A stretch of 64,000 nt of DNA from Spirochaetia bacterium. Lineage in GTDB: Bacteria > Spirochaetota > Spirochaetia > UBA9216. The DNA lies in assembly GCA_963677925.2 (NCBI GenBank), contig CAXXYH010000004.1, positions 1,920,001 to 1,984,000 on the forward strand. The letters are read 5' to 3'. Below the pieces are notes generated by a model, which saw only the letters and a program-made list of their open reading frames with translations, made no database searches and was not told where the DNA came from. This document shows positions 47,385 through 56,251 of this stretch, in pieces. The first letter of the stretch is position 1. Each line of letters begins with the position of its first letter. The position numbers and the translations under genes were made by a program.

Positions 47385-49259
47385 ATGTCTGTAATTTTAA
47401 AAAAACTTACTGCAGTCACTTTGGCACTTATAATGCTTATTCTGATTCCAGTATTTAATATCTCATCAGAATCAGTCTGGGAGGGAAGTGCTGCGCTGGG
47501 CCGTTACGGGGAGTTCCCTAATTCAGGTCTTTACGGTGCATCCAATTCATTCCCCAAAAATTCTTTCGTTGAAGTTGAGAATATTGAAAATGGAAAAAGA
47601 GTCAGAGTAATAATTGTAGATCGACTGGACAATTCGGGTCTGCTGATGCTTCTTTCCACAGAGGCAGGCGGGGAACTCGGTATATACCGCAATGATATCT
47701 CAAGAATCAGGGTCAAAATGATTTCCGATAATAACGCGGAACGCTCTATAATGCATGATGATCTGGCCTATAATCCAGATCCGGATCTTAATCCTGCAGC
47801 GTCCCTTACCGACCCGGAATCAATGGTTTACGGAAATTACAGCACAAAGACAGAGCCCGTCCTGCAGCCTGAACTAAATCCTGAACCCGAAGTTGAAACG
47901 CTTCCCGAACCGGAAACCGAGGCTGTCCCTGAAGTGACTGAGGTTCCTGAAGTAAATGAGCCTGTTGAGATTGCCGAAGCCGCTGAAGCAGAAACTACAG
48001 TTAATAGAACGGCTGATACTGAAGCAGTCGAGCCAGTGGAAGCAGCAGAAACCGCTGTTCAGCCCGAAGTCGAAGCAGAACCTGAGATTCTTCCTCCGGT
48101 TGTCACAACCCTGACTGATGATGACCGCGGTTATATACCGGAAGAACCGGAGCTCAGACTGCTGTCATCCGGTCTTAGAGAAACTGCTCCTGTACGGGAA
48201 TATGAGGCAAATTACCGAATTACAAATGTTCCCCAGAAAATTGAGGCAGAAGATCCTGAAATTGAAACTCTGACAGAAGCAAGCGATTACTACTATCCTG
48301 CATCGGCAGATTCTGAGCTGAGCAGAGAATTTACAGACTTTCCTTCTATATATATCCCGGAACAGCTGATGGCTGTACTTGTAGGAGATTCGGAAATGGC
48401 GGAAGCTTATCCGATGGAACCGGCAGTTAGTAAAACCTTTACACCTTCTCCCGGGCTGCCTGAAAGAGAATCCGAAGACCGGGTCCTGGTTGCTGAACTT
48501 TCAGAATCCGCTCCGCTTACAGAGGACTATAGCGGTATGAGTTATGATGCAGTTCCGCAGCTGCCGGGAAAGGCTGACAGGACTCCGATTGAGGTTGCCG
48601 ACGGATACGTTGAACCTGTGAAAGAAGATTATGCCCCCGAACTGGCTGATCTGCCGGATGTCGCGGGAAATGCAGCTGAGATTCCTTCCGTGGATGATAT
48701 TGAGTTCAGCGATGCTCCTGACGAAATTGCTGAAGCCCCTGTAGATGAAACGCTTCCCGAGCCGGAAAAGATACCGGAATACCGTGAAGATGTAACTATA
48801 AGTATGGAGCCTGCGGAAGCCAGACCTCCGGTTGCCGGGACCGTGGAAACAATGGAAGGTACTGAAACTGAAGCTGAAAAAGTACCGGAACCCGAATCTG
48901 AACCGGAAAAGGTTATTGTTGCTGAAGTTGAGGCTGTTCCTGAGGAAGATGTTCCCGAAGCAGCTGCATCTGCTGTGGTTGCGCCTGCTGGTAATCCTGA
49001 AAGAATCGTGATGGCGGCAGCTCTTGAGCAGAGTTATCATTATCTTCAGATTGGGTCATTCCGTGAAAAGAGTTCGGCCGTCAGTGCAGCCGGAAAGCTG
49101 AACGAGGGATATCCTCTAATCATACTGACTGATTCATCTGCCGGGGTAACAAGGTACAAACTTCTTGTCGGCCCGCTTTCAGCTGATGAGAGCGGTGCGC
49201 TTCTTTACAATTTTCGTTCCGGAGGGTATGCTGATGCATTCGTAAGGAGATTGGATTAG
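47385..49259 (+). CDS. RlpA-like (DPBB) / acidic Pro-Glu linker / SPOR domain protein
   Basis: N-terminal ASNSFP..VEVEN.ENGK and C-terminal SPOR motifs LQIGSF..YKLLVGP..GYADAF. AGGAG SD before ATG47385. Confidence 0.8.
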   Translation: MSVILKKLTAVTLALIMLILIPVFNISSESVWEGSAALGRYGEFPNSGLYGASNSFPKNSFVEVENIENGKRVRVIIVDRLDNSGLLMLLSTEAGGELGIYRNDISRIRVKMISDNNAERSIMHDDLAYNPDPDLNPAASLTDPESMVYGNYSTKTEPVLQPELNPEPEVETLPEPETEAVPEVTEVPEVNEPVEIAEAAEAETTVNRTADTEAVEPVEAAETAVQPEVEAEPEILPPVVTTLTDDDRGYIPEEPELRLLSSGLRETAPVREYEANYRITNVPQKIEAEDPEIETLTEASDYYYPASADSELSREFTDFPSIYIPEQLMAVLVGDSEMAEAYPMEPAVSKTFTPSPGLPERESEDRVLVAELSESAPLTEDYSGMSYDAVPQLPGKADRTPIEVADGYVEPVKEDYAPELADLPDVAGNAAEIPSVDDIEFSDAPDEIAEAPVDETLPEPEKIPEYREDVTISMEPAEARPPVAGTVETMEGTETEAEKVPEPESEPEKVIVAEVEAVPEEDVPEAAASAVVAPAGNPERIVMAAALEQSYHYLQIGSFREKSSAVSAAGKLNEGYPLIILTDSSAGVTRYKLLVGPLSADESGALLYNFRSGGYADAFVRRLD

Positions 49260-49265
49260 TACCTG

Positions 49266-51252
49266 ATGGAAAAAGATGAAGTATTAAAGGAGATTCGGAG
49301 ACTTTCGGATCTCCTTCGTTTATATCAGCATGAATACTATGTGCTGGCCCGCCCAAGCGTCCCTGACAGTGAATATGACAGCCTGTTTGACCGCCTTCAG
49401 ACACTTGAAAATGAATATCCTGAACTCGCAGAACCTGATTCACCTGTAAAAAGGGTCGGCTCGGATCTGGCTTCGGATCTTCCGGAAGTTGAGCACAGTA
49501 TTCCTGTGCTTTCACTTGATAAGGCATATTCTGCAGAGGATGTTGCAGCCTGGATGGAGAAAACATCAAAAAATGCCGGTGCTGATTTGACCTTCTCTGT
49601 GGAGGAAAAGATTGACGGTATTTCTATAGTTCTTTACTACGAAGACGGCCGTCTGCAGAGAGCTGTGACAAGGGGCAACGGATATATCGGAAACGATGTG
49701 ACTGCAAATGTTTCAACAATAGGTTCAGTGCCCCTTAGACTTCCCGAGCCGCTTAAAGTTGCAGTTCGCGGAGAAATATATCTTCCGGTTTCAAAGTTCG
49801 AAGAGCTTAATGCCGGAATGGAAGTTCCCTACGCAAACCCCAGAAACCTGGCTGCAGGATCTGTGAGACGGAAAAAAAGCTCGGAGGTTGCCAGGATTCC
49901 TCTTGATATTTTTGTTTATGAGGGCTTTTTTGAAAACTTTTCCGGTAATCAGAAGGAAATATTCAAGAAACTTGCAGAGCTGGGATTCCGTATCAATCCT
50001 GCATCAAGATTTCTCGATTCGGTTGATGAACTAAGAGCGTATATAAATGAAAGGACTGATATTCGGCCCCTCTCTTCCTTATGAAATTGACGGACTTGTA
50101 GTGAAGGTGAATGAAATCTCTGCAAGGGAAGAGCTTGGATATACAGGCCATCATCCCCGCTGGGCAATCGCATATAAATTTGAATCGGCTGCCGGCATTA
50201 CTGTCCTCAAGGATATTGATGTTCAGGTCGGCCGGACAGGGCGTATAACTCCTGTGGGAAGAGTTGAACCTGTTTTGATCGGTGGTTCCACTGTTTCAAA
50301 TGTCACCCTGCACAATGAAGAATACATAAATATGCTAGAGCTTGCTCCCGGTGATACTGTTGCTGTTTCAAAACGCGGCGATGTAATCCCGGCCGTTGAA
50401 AAAGTTGTGGAGAAGGGAGAGAACTCACTTGCCGTATGGCATTTTCCGGCAAACTGCCCCAGCTGCGGTACTGCCCTCAGCAAAAAAGGCGCCCACCACT
50501 TCTGTACTAACCGCGACTGTCCCGACCAGATTCGTGGCCGGATTTTCTTCTTTATTGGCAAGGGCCAGATGGATATTGAAAACTTCGGGCCCGAGACTGT
50601 TGATTTTCTGATCAAAAAAGGCCTCATCCAGGATACTCCGGATATTTTTACCGCTGACTATGAAACCCTGGCCGAAGAAAAAGGTTTTGGTGAAAAGAAG
50701 ATTAAACTTATCCGGGACGGAATAAAGAAAAGTCTTGATAACTCCTTTGTTACAGTGCTTACATCTCTTGGCATTCCGGATCTTGGACGCAAGGCTTCCG
50801 AGCTTCTTATTGAAGCCGGTTTTTATAATATAGACAAATTGACTGAAGCTGCAAAAGAGGGTAATTCAGAAGTCTTTACTTCTATTCACGGTATCGGCGA
50901 AAGAACCGCTGATGTAATCATAGAAGCCTTAAGTGACCCGGCTATGCTTGAACGGATTGAAGCTTTAAAACAGGCCGGTCTGTGCTTTGAAGCGGATCCT
51001 GCTGAAACCTCCCCCGCAGAAGGTATTTTCTCGGGACAAAGCTGGTGCATTACCGGCAGTTTTGAGAATTACAAGCCAAGGGAAGCTGCTCTGGAAGAAA
51101 TTAAAAAACGCGGCGGAAAGACAGTTGGTCAGGTGACTGGTAATACAACTCATCTGCTCTGCGGTGCCGGAGGCGGAAGCAAGAAGACAAAGGCCGAAAA
51201 ACTCGGTGTTAAGATAGTGAGTGAACAGGAATTTTTAACAATGCTTGATTAA
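49266..51252 (+). CDS. ligA: NAD-dependent DNA ligase, split by a 1-nt insertion at 50067-50070 (likely sequencing error)
   Basis: EKIDG and NPRN in ORF 49266-50084. YEIDG, AYKF, Zn finger, HhH and BRCT in ORF 50047-51252. Confidence 0.92.
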
Positions 51253-51262
51253 GGCAGGATAT

Positions 51263-52018
51263 ATGAAGGCTGATGATCGCAGAACCGCAGATGAACTCAG
51301 GGGAAGGGGCTTCGGAGTAATACCTCCCGATCAGTATCTAATAGATATGGAGCCGGAGTTTAAAAAAATCTGGGAGAAGGCTGAGGCTTTCACCATGACC
51401 TCTGTTGAACGCGGTTATGCACTATATAATGCTGTAAGGTATATCATTTTAAATGATATACAGGGAGACTTTGCTGAATGCGGTGTCTGGAAGGGCGGTT
51501 CCTGTATGATAGCGGCAATGACCCTGCTTGAACTAGGAGTGAGGGACCGGAAGATTTATCTTTATGACACATTCAGCGGAATGCCCGAACCCTCCGACCA
51601 GGATTATATTGCCTCAAACGGCAGAAGCGTCAGGGAAAAATGGCTTGCCGACGACAGGGGACGGGGACCTGGATTCGGTCACTGGGCTGTCGGTTCGGAA
51701 GCAGTACGCCGGAACCTGGAGAATAGCGGCTATCCTGAGGATAATTTCATCTTTGTTGAAGGGCCTGTCGAAGAAACGCTTGATAACACTGTTCCTGAGT
51801 TCTTAAGTCTTCTAAGGCTTGATACCGACTGGTATGAATCGACAAAGACTGAACTTGAAATCCTGTATCCTGTTCTGTGCAGCAGAGGGGTCCTGATAAT
51901 AGATGACTACGGCCATTTTACCGGTGCCAGGACCGCTGTAGACGATTATTTCAGAGGCAGGGAACCCATCCTTCTTAACCGTATCGATTATACAGGACGA
52001 ATCGGCATCAAATACTGA
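51263..52018 (+). CDS. TylF/MycF/NovP-family O-methyltransferase
   Basis: GDFAECGVWKGGS, DTFSG, LRLDTDWYEST, IIDDY. Confidence 0.9.
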   Translation: MKADDRRTADELRGRGFGVIPPDQYLIDMEPEFKKIWEKAEAFTMTSVERGYALYNAVRYIILNDIQGDFAECGVWKGGSCMIAAMTLLELGVRDRKIYLYDTFSGMPEPSDQDYIASNGRSVREKWLADDRGRGPGFGHWAVGSEAVRRNLENSGYPEDNFIFVEGPVEETLDNTVPEFLSLLRLDTDWYESTKTELEILYPVLCSRGVLIIDDYGHFTGARTAVDDYFRGREPILLNRIDYTGRIGIKY

Positions 52019-52040
52019 GTGATCTTCAGGCGTCTTCAAA

Positions 52041-53591
52041 TCAATTGAATAAATTAACAGATATCCCTGTGCTGTAAACTGCTTGAGGAATTATATCCAT
52101 AATGAAATGAAGCCCGGCAGCAGCAGGCAGCTCCGGCAGAAAATATGAAAAATCTGCAGCTGCAGTAACTGCGCCGGCAGCAGTAAATTCCTCACCGAAG
52201 CTGCCGGTTTCAAGTTTTCCTGAAAGACCGGCAGACCAGTTTGCCGCCTTTAAAATCGCACCGGCTGATAATCCTGCATAGAACCTCTGTTCTTCCATAT
52301 AGTTCCAGTATACAGAGGGGGCCAGAATGAATGATAAGGGAAGCTTTCCTGTCCCGGTACTCAGCTCAAGCGGAAGGTTCAGTCCTATCAGGCTGAAATC
52401 CGACTGCATAGCTGCCTCCGCCGAATTTGAGAAGCCTCCGGATAATATTCCGTTTAAGCTGAACATATCAATGAAGTCTGCAATTCTGAAGTTCAGCAGT
52501 GCAATCCCTGTTCCCGAAGGTTCCCGTTCCCCCTCTGAATTAATCAGTACGGACAAGCGTAAGGCAAGTTCAAGCCTTTCAAGGACAGAGTATCTTATAT
52601 AGGCTGGAATCTCGATATCAGCTGCAGAAAAATCAAGCAGACTTATTCCGCTTGACAGTTGAACCCCTCCGGCCGGAAGAAGTTCTGTCGCCGGACAGCT
52701 GCTAAGCCCTGAACCTGAAATGCCGACTACCGCAGGAAAGTAGTAAATACTGCTGTCAATTTTAATTTTATCTTCTTCGGTGTCTGATGTATTGCCGTCG
52801 GCTGAAACAACTTCAATCTTTATGGTATATATCCCGTCATCAAGAGTTCTGCCCTCATCATCCCGGCCGTCCCAGGTAAAACTATTATATCTGTCTGAGA
52901 AGTCTTGAAAAATAATGGTTTTTACAGTCCTTCCGGCGGAAATTATCTCTGCATAACCGCCGCCTTCAGATGTAACTTCAAAGTCAATTTTTATCGAGCC
53001 GAGAATCCCTGAATTGAGAGGGTTAAATACTCTTTTATCTGTGTTAAATGAGGCCAGGCGGAAATCCGCTTTCTTCAGTACTGCCTTCAGCCTGAGTGTC
53101 TCTCCGCCGATAACCTGAATCTGACTGCTGTAGTCTTCATAACCGAATTTTCTTACATGTACAGAGTACAGTCCGGCAGGAATACTGTACTCTCCGACGG
53201 CGTATCTACTTCCTGATATAAATATATCAGCATCAGCGGGGCTTACTTCAATATCCACCATCCCCTCAATCCGTCCAAGTTCAGCCGTTACTTCAATATG
53301 ACTGTTGTTTCTGCAGTCAATCCAGAAGGATAAGTCGGTATATCCGGCCTTTTTAATTTCAATCTTGTGCTGTCCCTGTGCGGGCTGCTGCTCATTGTAG
53401 GGGGTCCGTCCGCTGAAGGTTCCGTCTATGTAAACCTTTGACAAATCCGGTATTGAGGTTATTTTCAGGTATGCGGTTTCTCCTGATTCCGGAGTAAAAC
53501 TGATATTTTCAATGTTGAATGAAGCTTCGGCAAACAGCGGGGATGAAAGAAATAACAGCAGGAGGAATGATAGCCTGAATCTTGAATACAT
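52041..53591 (-). CDS. secreted PEGA-domain / FlgD-Ig-like protein with possible C-terminal beta-barrel
   Basis: Two PEGA repeats (SIP..VYIDG..GRTP), FNP..TWDGRDDEG..DGIY, amphipathic C-terminal strands. Start moved to ATG53591. Confidence 0.75.
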   Translation of the reverse strand: MYSRFRLSFLLLLFLSSPLFAEASFNIENISFTPESGETAYLKITSIPDLSKVYIDGTFSGRTPYNEQQPAQGQHKIEIKKAGYTDLSFWIDCRNNSHIEVTAELGRIEGMVDIEVSPADADIFISGSRYAVGEYSIPAGLYSVHVRKFGYEDYSSQIQVIGGETLRLKAVLKKADFRLASFNTDKRVFNPLNSGILGSIKIDFEVTSEGGGYAEIISAGRTVKTIIFQDFSDRYNSFTWDGRDDEGRTLDDGIYTIKIEVVSADGNTSDTEEDKIKIDSSIYYFPAVVGISGSGLSSCPATELLPAGGVQLSSGISLLDFSAADIEIPAYIRYSVLERLELALRLSVLINSEGEREPSGTGIALLNFRIADFIDMFSLNGILSGGFSNSAEAAMQSDFSLIGLNLPLELSTGTGKLPLSFILAPSVYWNYMEEQRFYAGLSAGAILKAANWSAGLSGKLETGSFGEEFTAAGAVTAAADFSYFLPELPAAAGLHFIMDIIPQAVYSTGISVNLFN

Positions 53592-53677
53592 ATAAACAAT
53601 GTACATCCATGAACTTTCAATTACAAGCGCTTTAATATCATTCTGAAATTTTCCGATAATATAAGCGGAGCGTAATC

Positions 53678-54208
53678 TTGAATAAAAAGTTATTTACAGC
53701 AGTTATTGTATTATTGTTGATTGTTATGCCCTGTTTCTCGCAGGAAGTCCTTCCGGCCGGCTATGAAGGGATAATGCTGGGGATGGATCCTGATGAAGTT
53801 AAACTCAAACTTGGGGAGAGTCCCCAGTTCATGTACAGGGGTGAACCCGATGTTTCGATGATGCCGGGAACCGCTGATCAGCTGATCGACTGCGACGGAA
53901 GCCTTTATATTGATCGGGCCTTCTTTCAGTTCAGCGAGGGACGCCTGTTTTCAATCCTTCTGATGCTCGATCAGGAATTTATTGATCACTACAGTGTCTT
54001 CTCAAAATTTACTGATAAATACGGTGACCCCGACTACCTCGATCCCCAGAAGATATACTGGGAAAACGATGAGGTAATAATCAGTATTGAAAGACCTCTT
54101 AATATAAAGTACCTTGATCGCGCTGAGTTTGAAAAAATGCAGGAAGAGAGCGCCAGCGGTGAATCCGCCATGGAAATGGGACGTGAATCATTTCTTGATA
54201 GTTTCTAG
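53678..54208 (+). CDS. secreted hypothetical protein
   Basis: Signal peptide, GGAG SD, YRGEPDVS and KYGDP. Confidence 0.75.
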   Translation: MNKKLFTAVIVLLLIVMPCFSQEVLPAGYEGIMLGMDPDEVKLKLGESPQFMYRGEPDVSMMPGTADQLIDCDGSLYIDRAFFQFSEGRLFSILLMLDQEFIDHYSVFSKFTDKYGDPDYLDPQKIYWENDEVIISIERPLNIKYLDRAEFEKMQEESASGESAMEMGRESFLDSF

Positions 54209-54225
54209 CTGCTCCCGGAGAGAAT

Positions 54226-54693
54226 ATGATTAACCTTAAAAAACTGATAATCCTTACAATTTTTACTGCGGCTGCAGCATCCGTTTTTGCATCCGGCAGG
54301 TCGGAAAAGCTTGAAACCGTAGAGATGCTTGTCGGCGGTAGGCCGGTGACAGTTGAAATCGCAGACAATGATGCCTCAAGGCAGCAGGGTCTGATGTATC
54401 GTGATTCAATGCCCGAGATGCACGGGATGATTTTTGTATTTGAAGCAGATCAGATGCTTTCCTTCTGGATGAAGAATACTGAAATACCTCTCGCTATCGC
54501 ATATATATCTTCGAACGGGCAGATCAGGGAAATCCATGAAATGGAGCCGCTCTCTCAGAGAGCTGTCCAGTCCACCCGCTCCGTCAGGTATGCGCTTGAA
54601 ATGAACAGCGGATGGTTTGAACGTAACGGTGTATCAGTCGGTGATTTTATCGAATTGAGTGCGCTGAACAGCGCTGCTATTCAGCCTCGTTAA
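54226..54693 (+). CDS. DUF192-family protein
   Basis: VEIA..GLMYR, GMIFVF, FWMKNT..PL, YALE. Confidence 0.9.
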   Translation: MINLKKLIILTIFTAAAASVFASGRSEKLETVEMLVGGRPVTVEIADNDASRQQGLMYRDSMPEMHGMIFVFEADQMLSFWMKNTEIPLAIAYISSNGQIREIHEMEPLSQRAVQSTRSVRYALEMNSGWFERNGVSVGDFIELSALNSAAIQPR

Positions 54694-54919
54694 GTTCCGG
54701 AAATAGCTCAAGGTTCGGTTCGTCTTCTCCATCATCCTTTACAGGTTCATTAATCAGAATTTCGATTTTCCTTTCCACCTTTGAGAGATCCTTTTCAAGG
54801 CCCTTTGCCAGTTTTATACCCTCTTCGAAAAGCCTGAGCGACTCATCAAGACTTCCACCGCCTTTTATAGAGTCATTTATTTCTTCAAGTCTGTTAAGTC
54901 TTTCTTCAAAGTTTTTCAT
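54677..54919 (-). CDS. xseB: exodeoxyribonuclease VII small subunit
   Basis: NFEE..RLEEI, LDESL..FEEG, next to xseA. Confidence 0.92.
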   Translation of the reverse strand: MKNFEERLNRLEEINDSIKGGGSLDESLRLFEEGIKLAKGLEKDLSKVERKIEILINEPVKDDGEDEPNLELFPELNEAE

Positions 54920-56142
54920 CTCTCATCTCCTTCCGGAAGTTTTTCATTTAAAGTGGCTGAAACAGTTCCGTCATGGAAGCGTATTGCTGCGTCACATCCG
55001 GCTGCTGCTTGATCAGCACAGAGAATTGTTTTTCCGCTTTCAGCATCAGTCACTATCGCAAATCCGCGTTTCAGGATTGCCTGAGGCGATACGGCCTTCA
55101 GCTCTCTGAGTGCCGAGTCAAGATTATAACGTTTTTCGGTGACCGTCCTGCTGAAGCTGTTAAGCAGGCTCTCCTTAAGATCATCGAACCGTGCCAGTAT
55201 CGGCTGTATCATGATAAAGAAGGTTTCTTCAATATTTTTACCCGTATATCGCTCAAGCATCAGCCTGATTTTCTCATTCCGATTGCCTATTTCTGAAATA
55301 AGGTTATCAGAAATTGTCTGAATTCTTCTTAAAATATCATCTCTGCCGGAGCTTACAATCTCCGCGGCTGCCGATGGAGTAGGAGCTGAGACATCTGCTG
55401 CAAAGTCGGATAGTGATGTGTCAATTTCATGTCCGACGGCTGAAATTACCGGAATTTGCGAATCGGCTATAGCCCTTACAACGCATTCTTCTGAGAAGGG
55501 CAGAAGATCTTCCAGTGAGCCGCCGCCTCTTCCCGTAATGATAACATCAGCCATCCGGTGCCGGTCAGCGTATCTTATCTGTGCTGCTATCTTTTCGGCC
55601 GCCTCTTCACCCTGAACGGGGGCAGGCAGGATGACTATATCAAGCCCGGGATTCCTGCGCCTTGTAACCCTGAGTATATCCTTTACGGCGGCACCGGTCG
55701 GCGAGGTGATAACCGCTATCTTTGAGGGGAATACCGGCAGGGGCTTCTTAAGTTCCCTGTCGAAAAGACCTTCCTCCGCAAGCTTTCTCTTGCGCTTCTC
55801 CAGCATCGCAAGGATATCGCCTTCACCGGCTTTTTCAATACTGTCGCAGATTATCTGGTATGAGCCGCGAAGAGCATAAACAGATATATTGCCTGTAACA
55901 TTCACAAGCATGCCGTCTGACGGTTTGAACTGCAGGGCTGAGTACCTGCCTCTGAACATGACGGCGCTTATCATTGCGTCCTTGTCTTTCAGGGTGAAAT
56001 ATAGATGCCCTGTACTGGATGGTCTGCAGTTGGATATTTCTCCGCTGATTCGGACTTCCCTGAATCCTGTTTCAAGAACTTCTTTAATAAGCGAGGTTAT
56101 TTCAGACACGCTGAATGTTTTATCATTAAATCCGGGCATCAT
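54916..56142 (-). CDS. xseA: exodeoxyribonuclease VII large subunit
   Basis: GHLYFTLKD, RGGGSLEDL, SAVGHEID, APTPSAAAE. Confidence 0.96.
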   Translation of the reverse strand: MMPGFNDKTFSVSEITSLIKEVLETGFREVRISGEISNCRPSSTGHLYFTLKDKDAMISAVMFRGRYSALQFKPSDGMLVNVTGNISVYALRGSYQIICDSIEKAGEGDILAMLEKRKRKLAEEGLFDRELKKPLPVFPSKIAVITSPTGAAVKDILRVTRRRNPGLDIVILPAPVQGEEAAEKIAAQIRYADRHRMADVIITGRGGGSLEDLLPFSEECVVRAIADSQIPVISAVGHEIDTSLSDFAADVSAPTPSAAAEIVSSGRDDILRRIQTISDNLISEIGNRNEKIRLMLERYTGKNIEETFFIMIQPILARFDDLKESLLNSFSRTVTEKRYNLDSALRELKAVSPQAILKRGFAIVTDAESGKTILCADQAAAGCDAAIRFHDGTVSATLNEKLPEGDER

Positions 56143-56251
56143 ACTGCGGAACAGAATACTATTTTACCATGAGGTGTTCAACAGATAAGTTATCAGCATG
56201 ACTGTGCAAGTTGTCATAAAATGGATTATAATTTATGTCGATAATCAGACT

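Noticed and set aside
47850-48960. Repeat array in the SPOR-protein gene
   Set aside because: Only low-complexity Pro-Glu coding, with no fixed-period DNA repeat or repeat-spacer structure. No CRISPR array was seen in the window.
50047-50084. Programmed ribosomal frameshift in ligA
   Set aside because: No canonical slippery heptamer or stimulatory structure was seen, so a homopolymer indel is the simpler explanation.
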